Below are positions 30,001-45,000 of a stretch of DNA of 64,000 nt, piece by piece. The DNA comes from Yuukianura sp. NJ FZ-2021 (lineage: Eukaryota): positions 496,001 through 560,000 of the forward strand of contig CM102287.1 of NCBI GenBank assembly GCA_046563655.1, written 5' to 3'. The position numbers and the translations under genes were made by a program. The notes below the pieces were generated by a model. It ran no database searches, was not told where the DNA came from, and worked only from the letters and a program-made list of their open reading frames with translations. Numbering within the stretch: the first letter of the stretch is position 1; the number at the start of each line of letters is the position of its first letter.

Positions 30001-33000
30001 TATAAACTAATGTGGGAACTATACAACGAAGTTTTAAACATACTGAAAAGTGGAATTTATGCCTTGTTATCGCTTATAACCATCTTCATGGAACGCATCT
30101 AATACCGGTCCACTTTGTCGTAGTGCATCAACGACTATTACACACGGTGAACCACTTGTTGTCAGCCTTCATCTTTGAGCACAAAGGAGAAGTGCCGGTG
30201 AAATGACAAGCTCGCCCTCACTACAGATACCAACCAGTACTCATTTTGACACTATGAATCACAATGACTCCGACGGCAATGGAACTTCAGGGGATCCCAT
30301 TATTACATTTTCTAAATCAAAATCGAACATTCAGCATTATTTGTTATTTTGATTAAAATTTTTAGGAAATACTTTTTTATGTCATACTACCACCTTGCAC
30401 TTCCAATAAAGCACACCTGAATAACTGGTGTTCAACAATAATCTGGAATTATATTTTAGCCCAACTCCACTATGCAACAAGTGCATAAATCTAACTGTCA
30501 TTTTGGTATAAACTAATGTGGGAACTATACAACGAAGTTTTAAACATACTGAAAAATGGAATTTATGCCTTGTTATCGCTTATAACCATCTTCATGGAAC
30601 GCATCTAATACCGGTCCACTTTGTCGTAGTGCATCAACGACTATTACACACGGTGAACCACTTGTTGTCAGCCTTCATCTTTGAGCACAAAGGAGAAGTG
30701 CCGGTGAAATTACAAGCTCGCCCTCACTACAGATACCAACCAGTACTCATTTTGACACTATGAATCACAATGACTCCGACGGCAATGGAACTTCAGGGGT
30801 TCCCATTATTACATTTTCTAAATCAAAATCGAACATTCAGCATTATTTGTTATTTTGATTAAAATTTTTAGGAAATACTTTTTTATGTCATACTACCACC
30901 TTGCACTTCCAATAAAGCACACCTGAATAACTGGTGTTCAACAATAATCTGGAATTATATTTTAGCCCAACTCCACTATGCAACAAGTGCATAAATCTAA
31001 CTGTCATTTTGGTATAAACTAATGTGGGAACTATACAACGAAGTTTTAAACATACTGAAAAGTGGAATTTATGCCTTGTTATCGCTTATAACCATCTTCA
31101 AGGAACGCATCTAATACCGGTCCACTTTGTCGTAGTGCATCAACGACTATTACACACGGTGAACCACTTGTTGTCAGCCTTCATTTTTGAGCACAAAGGA
31201 GAAGTGCCGGTGAAATGACAAGCTCGCCCTCACTACAGATACCAACCAGTACTCATTTTGACACTATGAATCACAATGACTCCGACGGCAATGGAACTTC
31301 AGGGGATCCCATTATTACATTTTCTAAATCAAAATCGAACATTCAGCATTATTTGTTATTTTGATTAAAATTTTTAGGAAATACTTTTTTATGTCATACT
31401 ACCACCTTGCACTTCCAATAAAGCACACCTGAATAACTGGTGTTCAACAATAATCTGGAATTATATTTTAGCCCAACTCCACTATGCAACAAGTGCATAA
31501 ATCTAACTGTCATTTTGGTATAAACTAATGTGGGAACTATACAACGAAGTTTTAAACATACTGAAAAGTGGAATTTATGCCTTGTTATCGCTTATAACCA
31601 TCTGCAAGGAACGCATCTAATACCGGTCCACTTTGTCGTAGTGCATCAACGACTATTACACACGGTGAACCACTTGTTGTCAGCCTTCATTTTTGAGCAC
31701 AAAGGAGAAGTGCCGGTGAAATGACAAGCTCGCCCTCACTACAGATACCAACCAGTACTCATTTTGACACTATGAATCACAATGACTCCGACGGCAATGG
31801 AACTTCAGGGGATCCCATTATTACATTTTCTAAATCAAAATCGAACATTCAGCATTATTTGTTATTTTGATTAAAATTTTTAGGAAATACTTTTTTATGT
31901 CATACTACCACCTTGCACTTCCAATAAAGCACACCTGAATAACTGGTGTTCAACAATAATCTGGAATTATATTTTAGCCCAACTCCACTATGCAACAAGT
32001 GCATAAATCTAACTGTCATTTTGGTATAAACTAATGTGGGAACTATACAACGAAGTTTTAAACATACTGAAAAGTGGAATTTATGCCTTGTTATCGCTTA
32101 TAACCATCTTCATGGAACGCATCTAATACCGGTCCACTTTGTCGTAGTGCATCAACGACTATTACACACGGTGAACCACTTGTTGTCAGCCTTCATCTTT
32201 GAGCACAAAGGAGAAGTGCCGGTGAAATGACAAGCTCGCCCTCACTACAGATACCAACCAGTACTCATTTTGACACTATGAATCACAATGACTCCGACGG
32301 CAATGGAACTTCAGGGGATCCCATTATTACATTTTCTAAATCAAAATCGAACATTCAGCATTATTTGTTATTTTGATTAAAATTTTTAGGAAATACTTTT
32401 TTATGTCATACTACCACCTTGCACTTCCAATAAAGCACACCTGAATAACTGGTGTTCAACAATAATCTGGAATTATATTTTAGCCCAACTCCACTATGCA
32501 ACAAGTGCATAAATCTAACTGTCATTTTGGTATAAACTAATGTGGGAACTATACAACGAAGTTTTAAACATACTGAAAAGTGGAATTTATGCCTTGTTAT
32601 CGCTTATAACCATCTGCAAGGAACGCATCTAATACCGGTCCACTTTGTCGTAGTGCATCAACGACTATTACACACGGTGAACCACTTGTTGTCAGCCTTC
32701 ATTTTTGAGCACAAAGGAGAAGTGCCGGTGAAATGACAAGCTCGCCCTCACTACAGATACCAACCAGTACTCATTTTGACACTATGAATCACAATGACTC
32801 CGACGGCAATGGAACTTCAGGGGATCCCATTATTACATTTTCTAAATCAAAATCGAACATTCAGCATTATTTGTTATTTTGATTAAAATTTTTAGGAAAT
32901 ACTTTTTTATGTCATACTACCACCTTGCACTTCCAATAAAGCACACCTGAATAACTGGTGTTCAACAATAATCTGGAATTATATTTTAGCCCAACTCCAC

Positions 33001-36000
33001 TATGCAACAAGTGCATAAATCTAACTGTCATTTTGGTATAAACTAATGTGGGAACTATACAACGAAGTTTTAAACATACTGAAAAGTGGAATTTATGCCT
33101 TGTTATCGCTTATAACCATCTGCAAGGAACGCATCTAATACCGGTCCACTTTGTCGTAGTGCATCAACGACTATTACACACGGTGAACCACTTGTTGTCA
33201 GCCTTCATTTTTGAGCACAAAGGAGAAGTGCCGGTGAAATGACAAGCTCGCCCTCACTACAGATACCAACCAGTACTCATTTTGACACTATGAATCACAA
33301 TGACTCCGACGGCAATGGAACTTCAGGGGATCCCATTATTACATTTTCTAAATCAAAATCGAACATTCAGCATTATTTGTTATTTTGATTAAAATTTTTA
33401 GGAAATACTTTTTTATGTCATACTACCACCTTGCACTTCCAATAAAGCACACCTGAATAACTGGTGTTCAACAATAATCTGGAATTATATTTTAGCCCAA
33501 CTCCACTATGCAACAAGTGCATAAATCTAACTGTCATTTTGGTATAAACTAATGTGGGAACTATACAACGAAGTTTTAAACATACTGAAAAGTGGAATTT
33601 ATGCCTTGTTATCGCTTATAACCATCTGCAAGGAACGCATCTAATACCGGTCCACTTTGTCGTAGTGCATCAACGACTATTACACACGGTGAACCACTTG
33701 TTGTCAGCCTTCATTTTTGAGCACAAAGGAGAAGTGCCGGTGAAATGACAAGCTCGCCCTCACTACAGATACCAACCAGTACTCATTTTGACACTATGAA
33801 TCACAATGACTCCGACGGCAATGGAACTTCAGGGGATCCCATTATTACATTTTCTAAATCAAAATCGAACATTCAGCATTATTTGTTATTTTGATTAAAA
33901 TTTTTAGGAAATACTTTTTTATGTCATACTACCACCTTGCACTTCCAATAAAGCACACCTGAATAACTGGTGTTCAACAATAATCTGGAATTATATTTTA
34001 GCCCAACTCCACTATGCAACAAGTGCATAAATCTAACTGTCATTTTGGTATAAACTAATGTGGGAACTATACAACGAAGTTTTAAACATACTGAAAAGTG
34101 GAATTTATGCCTTGTTATCGCTTATAACCATCTGCAAGGAACGCATCTAATACCGGTCCACTTTGTCGTAGTGCATCAACGACTATTACACACGGTGAAC
34201 CACTTGTTGTCAGCCTTCATTTTTGAGCACAAAGGAGAAGTGCCGGTGAAATGACAAGCTCGCCCTCACTACAGATACCAACCAGTACTCATTTTGACAC
34301 TATGAATCACAATGACTCCGACGGCAATGGAACTTCAGGGGATCCCATTATTACATTTTCTAAATCAAAATCGAACATTCAGCATTATTTGTTATTTTGA
34401 TTAAAATTTTTAGGAAATACTTTTTTATGTCATACTACCACCTTGCACTTCCAATAAAGCACACCTGAATAACTGGTGTTCAACAATAATCTGGAATTAT
34501 ATTTTAGCCCAACTCCACTATGCAACAAGTGCATAAATCTAACTGTCATTTTGGTATAAACTAATGTGGGAACTATACAACGAAGTTTTAAACATACTGA
34601 AAAGTGGAATTTATGCCTTGTTATCGCTTATAACCATCTGCAAGGAACGCATCTAATACCGGTCCACTTTGTCGTAGTGCATCAACGACTATTACACACG
34701 GTGAACCACTTGTTGTCAGCCTTCATTTTTGAGCACAAAGGAGAAGTGCCGGTGAAATGACAAGCTCGCCCTCACTACAGATACCAACCAGTACTCATTT
34801 TGACACTATGAATCACAATGACTCCGACGGCAATGGAACTTCAGGGGATCCCATTATTACATTTTCTAAATCAAAATCGAACATTCAGCATTATTTGTTA
34901 TTTTGATTAAAATTTTTAGGAAATACTTTTTTATGTCATACTACCACCTTGCACTTCCAATAAAGCACACCTGAATAACTGGTGTTCAACAATAATCTGG
35001 AATTATATTTTAGCCCAACTCCACTATGCAACAAGTGCATAAATCTAACTGTCATTTTGGTATAAACTAATGTGGGAACTATACAACGAAGTTTTAAACA
35101 TACTGAAAAATGGAATTTATGCCTTGTTATCGCTTATAACCATCTTCATGGAACGCATCTAATACCGGTCCACTTTGTCGTAGTGCATCAACGACTATTA
35201 CACACGGTGAACCACTTGTTGTCAGCCTTCATCTTTGAGCACAAAGGAGAAGTGCCGGTGAAATGACAAGCTCGCCCTCACTACAGATACCAACCAGTAC
35301 TCATTTTGACACTATGAATCACAATGACTCCGACGGCAATGGAACTTCAGGGGTTCCCATTATTACATTTTCTAAATCAAAATCGAACATTCAGCATTAT
35401 TTGTTATTTTGATTAAAATTTTTAGGAAATACTTTTTTATGTCATACTACCACCTTGCACTTCCAATAAAGCACACCTGAATAACTGGTGTTCAACAATA
35501 ATCTGGAATTATATTTTAGCCCAACTCCACTATGCAACAAGTGCATAAATCTAACTGTCATTTTGGTATAAACTAATGTGGGAACTATACAACGAAGTTT
35601 TAAACATACTGAAAAGTGGAATTTATGCCTTGTTATCGCTTATAACCATCTGCAAGGAACGCATCTAATACCGGTCCACTTTGTCGTAGTGCATCAACGA
35701 CTATTACACACGGTGAACCACTTGTTGTCAGCCTTCATTTTTGAGCACAAAGGAGAAGTGCCGGTGAAATGACAAGCTCGCCCTCACTACAGATACCAAC
35801 CAGTACTCATTTTGACACTATGAATCACAATGACTCCGACGGCAATGGAACTTCAGGGGATCCCATTATTACATTTTCTAAATCAAAATCGAACATTCAG
35901 CATTATTTGTTATTTTGATTAAAATTTTTAGGAAATACTTTTTTATGTCATACTACCACCTTGCACTTCCAATAAAGCACACCTGAATAACTGGTGTTCA

Positions 36001-39000
36001 ACAATAATCTGGAATTATATTTTAGCCCAACTCCACTATGCAACAAGTGCATAAATCTAACTGTCATTTTGGTATAAACTAATGTGGGAACTATACAACG
36101 AAGTTTTAAACATACTGAAAAATGGAATTTATGCCTTGTTATCGCTTATAACCATCTTCATGGAACGCATCTAATACCGGTCCACTTTGTCGTAGTGCAT
36201 CAACGACTATTACACACGGTGAACCACTTGTTGTCAGCCTTCATCTTTGAGCACAAAGGAGAAGTGCCGGTGAAATGACAAGCTCGCCCTCACTACAGAT
36301 ACCAACCAGTACTCATTTTGACACTATGAATCACAATGACTCCGACGGCAATGGAACTTCAGGGGATCCCATTATTACATTTTCTAAATCAAAATCGAAC
36401 ATTCAGCATTATTTGTTATTTTGATTAAAATTTTTAGGAAATACTTTTTTATGTCATACTACCACCTTGCACTTCCAATAAAGCACACCTGAATAACTGG
36501 TGTTCAACAATAATCTGGAATTATATTTTAGCCCAACTCCACTATGCAACAAGTGCATAAATCTAACTGTCATTTTGGTATAAACTAATGTGGGAACTAT
36601 ACAACGAAGTTTTAAACATACTGAAAAGTGGAATTTATGCCTTGTTATCGCTTATAACCATCTGCAAGGAACGCATCTAATACCGGTCCACTTTGTCGTA
36701 GTGCATCAACGACTATTACACACGGTGAACCACTTGTTGTCAGCCTTCATCTTTGAGCACAAAGGAGAAGTGCCGGTGAAATGACAAGCTCGCCCTCACT
36801 ACAGATACCAACCAGTACTCATTTTGACACTATGAATCACAATGACTCCGACGGCAATGGAACTTCAGGGGATCCCATTATTACATTTTCTAAATCAAAA
36901 TCGAACATTCAGCATTATTTGTTATTTTGATTAAAATTTTTAGGAAATACTTTTTTATGTCATACTACCACCTTGCACTTCCAATAAAGCACACCTGAAT
37001 AACTGGTGTTCAACAATAATCTGGAATTATATTTTAGCCCAACTCCACTATGCAACAAGTGCATAAATCTAACTGTCATTTTGGTATAAACTAATGTGGG
37101 AACTATACAACGAAGTTTTAAACATACTGAAAAATGGAATTTATGCCTTGTTATCGCTTATAACCATCTTCATGGAACGCATCTAATACCGGTCTACTTT
37201 GTCGTAGTGCATCAACGACTATTACACACGGTGAACCACTTGTTGTCAGCCTTCATCTTTGAGCTCAAAGGAGAAGTGCCGGTAAAATGACAAGCTCGCC
37301 CTCACTACAGATACCAACCAGTACTCATTTTGACACTATGAATCACAATGACTCCGACGGCAATGGAACTTCAGGGGATCCCATTATTACATTTTCTAAA
37401 TCAAAATCGAACATTCAGCATTATTTGTTATTTTGATTAAAATTTTTAGGAAATACTTTTTTATGTCATACTACCACCTTGCACTTCCAATAAAGCACAC
37501 CTGAATAACTGGTGTTCAACAATAATCTGGAATTATATTTTAGCCCAACTCCACTATGCAACAAGTGCATAAATCTAACTGTCATTTTGGTATAAACTAA
37601 TGTGGGAACTATACAACGAAGTTTTAAACATACTGAAAAGTGGAATTTATGCCTTGTTATCGCTTATAACCATCTGCAAGGAACGCATCTAATACAGGTC
37701 CACTTTCTCGTAGTGCATCAACGACTATTACACACGGTGAACCACTTGTTGTCAGCCTTCATCTTTGAGCTCAAAGGAGAAGTGCCGGTAAAATGACAAG
37801 CTCGCCCTCACTACAGATACCAACCAGTACTCATTTTGACACTATGAATCACAATGACTCCGACGGCAATGGAACTTCAGGGGATCCCATTATTACATTT
37901 TCTAAATCAAAATCGAACATTCAGCATTATTTGTTATTTTGATTAAAATTTTTAGGAAATACTTTTTTATGTCATACTACCACCTTGCACTTCCAATAAA
38001 GCACACCTGAATAACTGGTGTTCAACAATAATCTGGAATTATATTTTAGCCCAACTCCACTATGCAACAAGTGCATAAATCTAACTGTCATTTTGGTATA
38101 AACTAATGTGGGAACTATACAACGAAGTTTTAAACATACTGAAAAATGGAATTTATGCCTTGTTATCGCTTATAACCATCTTCATGGAACGCATCTAATA
38201 AAGGTCCACTTTGTCGTAGTGCATCAACGACTATTACACACGGTGAACCACTTGTTGTCAGCCTTAATTTTTGAGCACAAAGGAGAAGTGCCGGTGAAAT
38301 GACAAGCTCGCCCTCACTACAGTTACCAACCAGTACTCATTTTGACACTACGAATCACAATGACTCCGACGGCAATGGAACTTCAGGGGATCCCATTATT
38401 ACATTTTCTAAATCAAAATCGAACATTCAGCATTATTTGTTATTTTGATTAAAATTGTTGGAAAGACTTTTTTGTCATACTACCACCTTGCACTTCCAAT
38501 AAAGCACACCTGAATAACTGGTGTTCAACAATAATCTGGAATTATATTTTAGCCCAACTCCACTATGCAACAAGTGCATAAATCTAACTGTCATTTTGGT
38601 ATAAACTAATGTGGGAACTATACAACAAAGTTTTAAACATACTGAAAAATGGAATTTATGCCTTGTTATCGCTTATAACCATCTTCATGGAACGCATCTA
38701 ATACCGGTCCACTTTGTCGTAGTGCATCAACGACTATTACACACGGTGAACCACTTGTTGTCAGCCTTCATCTTTGAGCACAAAGGAGAAGTGCCGGTGA
38801 AATGACAAGCTCGCCCTCACTACAGATACCAACCAGTACTCATTTTGACACTACGAATCACAATGACTCCGACGGCAATGGAACTTCAGGGGATCCCATT
38901 ATTACATTTTCTAAATCAAAATCGAACATTCAGCATTATTTGTTATTTTGATTAAAATTTTTAGGAAATACTTTTTTATGTCATACTACCACCTTGCACT

Positions 39001-42000
39001 TCCAATAAAGCACACCTGAATAACTGGTGTTCAACAATAATCTGGAATTATATTTTAGCCCAACTCCACTATGCAACAAGTGCATAAATCTAACTGTCAT
39101 TTTGGTATAAACTAATGTGGGAACTATACAACGAAGTTTTAAACATACTGAAAAGTGGAATTTATGCCTTGTTATCGCTTATAACCATCTGCAAGGAACG
39201 CATCTAATACCGGTCCACTTTGTCGTAGTGCATCAACGACTATTACACACGGTGAACCACTTGTTGTCAGCCTTCATCTTTGAGCACAAAGGAGAAGTGC
39301 CGGTGAAATGACAAGCTCGCCCTCACTACAGATACCAACCAGTACTCATTTTGACACTATGAATCACAATGACTCCGACGGCAATGGAACTTCAGGGGTT
39401 CCCATTATTACATTTTCTAAATCAAAATCGAACATTCAGCATTATTTGTTATTTTGATTAAAATTTTTAGGAAATACTTTTTTATGTCATACTACCACCT
39501 TGCACTTCCAATAAAGCACACCTGAATAACTGGTGTTCAACAATAATCTGGAATTATATTTTAGCCCAACTCCACTATGCAACAAGTGCATAAATCTAAC
39601 TGTCATTTTGGTATAAACTAATGTGGGAACTATACAACGAAGTTTTAAACATACTGAAAAGTGGAATTTATGCCTTGTTATCGCTTATAACCATCTTCAT
39701 GGAACGCATCTAATACCGGTCCACTTTGTCGTAGTGCATCAACGACTATTACACACGGTGAACCACTTGTTGTCAGCCTTCATCTTTGAGCACAAAGGAG
39801 AAGTGCCGGTGAAATTACAAGCTCGCCCTCACTACAGATACCAACCAGTACTCATTTTGACACTATGAATCACAATGACTCCGACGGCAATGGAACTTCA
39901 GGGGTTCCCATTATTACATTTTCTAAATCAAAATCGAACATTCAGCATTATTTGTTATTTTGATTAAAATTTTTAGGAAATACTTTTTTATGTCATACTA
40001 CCACCTTGCACTTCCAATAAAGCACACCTGAATAACTGGTGTTCAACAATAATCTGGAATTATATTTTAGCCCAACTCCACTATGCAACAAGTGCATAAA
40101 TCTAACTGTCATTTTGGTATAAACTAATGTGGGAACTATACAACGAAGTTTTAAACATACTGAAAAATGGAATTTATGCCTTGTTATCGCTTATAACCAT
40201 CTTCATGGAACGCATCTAATACCGGTCCACTTTGTCGTAGTGCATCAACGACTATTACACACAATGAACCACTTGTTGTCAGCCTTCATCTTTGAGCACA
40301 AAGGAGAAGTGCCGGTGAAATTACAAGCTCGCCCTCACTACAGATACCAACCAGTACTCATTTTGACACTATGAATCACAATGACTCCGACGGCAATGGA
40401 ACTTCAGGGGTTCCCATTATTACATTTTCTAAATCAAAATCGAACATTCAGCATTATTTGTTATTTTGATTAAAATTTTTAGGAAATACTTTTTTATGTC
40501 ATACTACCACCTTGCACTTCCAATAAAGCACACCTGAATAACTGGTGTTCAACAATAATCTGGAATTATATTTTAGCCCAACTCCACTATGCAACAAGTG
40601 CATAAATCTAACTGTCATTTTGGTATAAACTAATGTGGGAACTATACAACGAAGTTTTAAACATACTGAAAAATGGAATTTATGCCTTGTTATCGCTTAT
40701 AACCATCTTCATGGAACGCATCTAATACCGGTCCACTTTGTCGTAGTGCATCAACGACTATTACACACAATGAACCACTTGTTGTCAGCCTTCATCTTTG
40801 AGCACAAAGGAGAAGTGCCGGTGAAATTACAAGCTCGCCCTCACTACAGATACCAACCAGTACTCATTTTGACACTATGAATCACAATGACTCCGACGGC
40901 AATGGAACTTCAGGGGTTCCCATTATTACATTTTCTAAATCAAAATCGAACATTCAGCATTATTTGTTATTTTGATTAAAATTTTTAGGAAATACTTTTT
41001 TATGTCATACTACCACCTTGCACTTCCAATAAAGCACACCTGAATAACTGGTGTTCAACAATAATCTGGAATTATATTTTAGCCCAACTCCACTATGCAA
41101 CAAGTGCATAAATCTAACTGTCATTTTGGTATAAACTAATGTGGGAACTATACAACGAAGTTTTAAACATACTGAAAAGTGGAATTTATGCCTTGTTATC
41201 GCTTATAACCATCTGCAAGGAACGCATCTAATACCGGTCCACTTTGTCGTAGTGCATCAACGACTATTACACACGGTGAACCACTTGTTGTCAGCCTTCA
41301 TTTTTGAGCACAAAGGAGAAGTGCCGGTGAAATGACAAGCTCGCCCTCACTACAGATACCAACCAGTACTCATTTTGACACTATGAATCACAATGACTCC
41401 GACGGCAATGGAACTTCAGGGGATCCCATTATTACATTTTCTAAATCAAAATCGAACATTCAGCATTATTTGTTATTTTGATTAAAATTTTTACGAAATA
41501 CTTTTTTATGTCATACTACCACCTTGCACTTCCAATAAAGCACACCTGAATAACTGGTGTTCAACAATAATCTGGAATTATATTTTAGCCCAACTCCACT
41601 ATGCAACAAGTGCATAAATCTAACTGTCATTTTGGTATAAACTAATGTGGGAACTATACAACGAAGTTTTAAACATACTGAAAAGTGGAATTTATGCCTT
41701 GTTATCGCTTATAACCATCTGCAAGGAACGCATCTAATACCGGTCCACTTTGTCGTAGTGCATCAACGACTATTACACACGGTGAACCACTTGTTGTCAG
41801 CCTTCATCTTTGAGCACAAAGGAGAAGTGCCGGTGAAATTACAAGCTCGCCCTCACTACAGATACCAACCAGTACTCATTTTGACACTATGAATCACAAT
41901 GACTCCGACGGCAATGGAACTTCAGGGGTTCCCATTATTACATTTTCTAAATCAAAATCGAACATTCAGCATTATTTGTTATTTTGATTAAAATTTTTAG

Positions 42001-45000
42001 GAAATACTTTTTTATGTCATACTACCACCTTGCACTTCCAATAAAGCACACCTGAATAACTGGTGTTCAACAATAATCTGGAATTATATTTTAGCCCAAC
42101 TCCACTATGCAACAAGTGCATAAATCTAACTGTCATTTTGGTATAAACTAATGTGGGAACTATACAACGAAGTTTTAAACATACTGAAAAATGGAATTTA
42201 TGCCTTGTTATCGCTTATAACCATCTTCATGGAACGCATCTAATACCGGTCCACTTTGTCGTAGTGCATCAACGACTATTACACACAATGAACCACTTGT
42301 TGTCAGCCTTCATCTTTGAGCACAAAGGAGAAGTGCCGGTGAAATTACAAGCTCGCCCTCACTACAGATACCAACCAGTACTCATTTTGACACTATGAAT
42401 CACAATGACTCCGACGGCAATGGAACTTCAGGGGTTCCCATTATTACATTTTCTAAATCAAAATCGAACATTCAGCATTATTTGTTATTTTGATTAAAAT
42501 TTTTAGGAAATACTTTTTTATGTCATACTACCACCTTGCACTTCCAATAAAGCACACCTGAATAACTGGTGTTCAACAATAATCTGGAATTATATTTTAG
42601 CCCAACTCCACTATGCAACAAGTGCATAAATCTAACTGTCATTTTGGTATAAACTAATGTGGGAACTATACAACGAAGTTTTAAACATACTGAAAAATGG
42701 AATTTATGCCTTGTTATCGCTTATAACCATCTTCATGGAACGCATCTAGTACTGGTCCACTTTGTCGTAGTGCATCAACGACTATTACACACGGTGAACC
42801 ACTTGTTGTCAGCCTTCATCTTTGAGCACAAAGGAGAAGTGCCGGTGAAATGACAAGCTCGCCCTCACTACAGATACCAACCAGTACTCATTTTGACACG
42901 ATGAATCACAATGACTCCGACGGCAATGGAACTTCAGGGGTTCCCATTATTACATTTTCTACATCAAAATCGAACATTCAGCATTATTTGTTATTTTGAT
43001 TAAAATTTTTAGGAAATACTTTTTTATGTCATACTACCACCTTGCACTTCCAATAAAGCACACCTGAATAACTGGTGTTCAACAATAATCTGGAATTATA
43101 TTTTAGCCCAACTCCACTATGCAACAAGTGCATAAATCTAACTGTCATTTTGGTATAAACTAATGTGGGAACTATACAACGAAGTGTTAAACATACTGAA
43201 AAGTGGAATTTATGCCTTGTTGTCGCTTATAACCATCTGCAAGGAACGCATCTAATACCGGTCCACTTTGTCGTAGTGCATCAACGACTATTACACACGG
43301 TGAACCACTTGTTGTCAGCCTTCATTTTTGAGCACAAAGGAGAAGTGCCGGTGAAATGACAAGCTCGCCCTCACTACAAATACCAACCAGTACTCATTTT
43401 GACACTACGAATCACAATGACTCCGACGGCAATGGAACTTCAGGGGATCCCATTATTACATTTTCTAAATCAAAATCGAACATTCAGCATTATTTGTTAT
43501 TTTTATTGAAATTTTTAGGAAATACTTTTTCATGTCATACTACCACCTTGCACTTCCAATAAAGCACACCTGAATAACTGGTGTTCAACAATAATCTGGA
43601 ATTATATTTTAGCCCAACTCCACTATGCAACAAGTGCATAAATCTAACTGTCATTTTGGTATAAACTAACGTGGGAACTATACAACGAAGTTTTAAACAT
43701 ACTGAAAAGTGGAATTTATGCCTTGTTATCGCTTATAACCATCTGTAAGGAACGCATCTAATACCGGTCCACTTTGTCGTAGTGCATCAACGACTATTAC
43801 ACACGGTGAACCACTTGTTGTCAGCCTTCATTTTTGAGCACAAAGGAGAAGTGCCGGTGAAATGACAAGCTCGCCCTCACTACAGATACCAACCAGTACT
43901 CATTTTGACACGATGAATCACAATGACTCCGACGGCAATGGAACTTCAGGGGATCCCATTATTACATTTTCTAAATCAAAATCGAACACTCAGCATTATT
44001 TGTTATTTTGATTAAAATTGTTGGAAAGACTTTTTTGTCATACTACCACCTTGCACTTCCTATAAAGCACACCTGAATAACTGGTGTTCAACAATAATCT
44101 GGAATTATATTTTAGCCCAACTCCACTATGCAACAAGTGCATAAATCTAACTGTCATTTTGGTATAAACTAATGTGGGAACTATACAACGAAGTTTTAAA
44201 CATACTGAAAAGTGGAATTTATGCCTTGTTATCGCTTATAACCACCTTCAAATAACGCATCTAATACCGGTCCACTTTGTCGTAGTGCATCAACGACTAT
44301 TACACACGGTGAACCACTTGTTGTCAGCCTTCATTTTTGAGCACAAAGGAGAAGTGCCGGTGAAATGACAAGCTCGCCCTCACTACAGATACCTGCTAGT
44401 ACTCATTTTGACACTACGAATCACAATGACTCCGACGGCAATGGAACTTCAGGGGATCCCATTATTACATTTTCTAAATCAAAATCGAACATTCAGCATT
44501 ATTTGTTATTTTGATTAAAATTTTTAGGAAATACTTTTTTATGTCATACTACCACCTTGCACTTCCAATAAAGCACACCTGAATAACTGGTGTTCAACAA
44601 TAATCTGGAATTATATTTTAGCCCAACTCCACTATGCAACAAGTGCATAAATCTAACTGTCATTTTGGTATAAACTAATGTGGGAACTATACAACGAAGT
44701 TTTAAACATACTGAAAAGTGGAATTTATGCCTTGTTATCGCTTATAACCATCTTCAGATAACGCATCTAATACCGGTCCACTTTGTCGTAGTGCATCAAC
44801 GACTATTACACACGGTGAACCACTTGTTGTCAGCCTTCATTTTTGAGCACAAAGGAGAAGTGCCGGTGAAATGACAAGCTCGCCCTCACTACAGATACCA
44901 ACCAGTACTCATTTTGACACTACGAATCACAATGACTCCGACGGCAATGGAACTTCAGGGGATCCCATTATTACATTTTCTAAATCAAAATCGAACATTC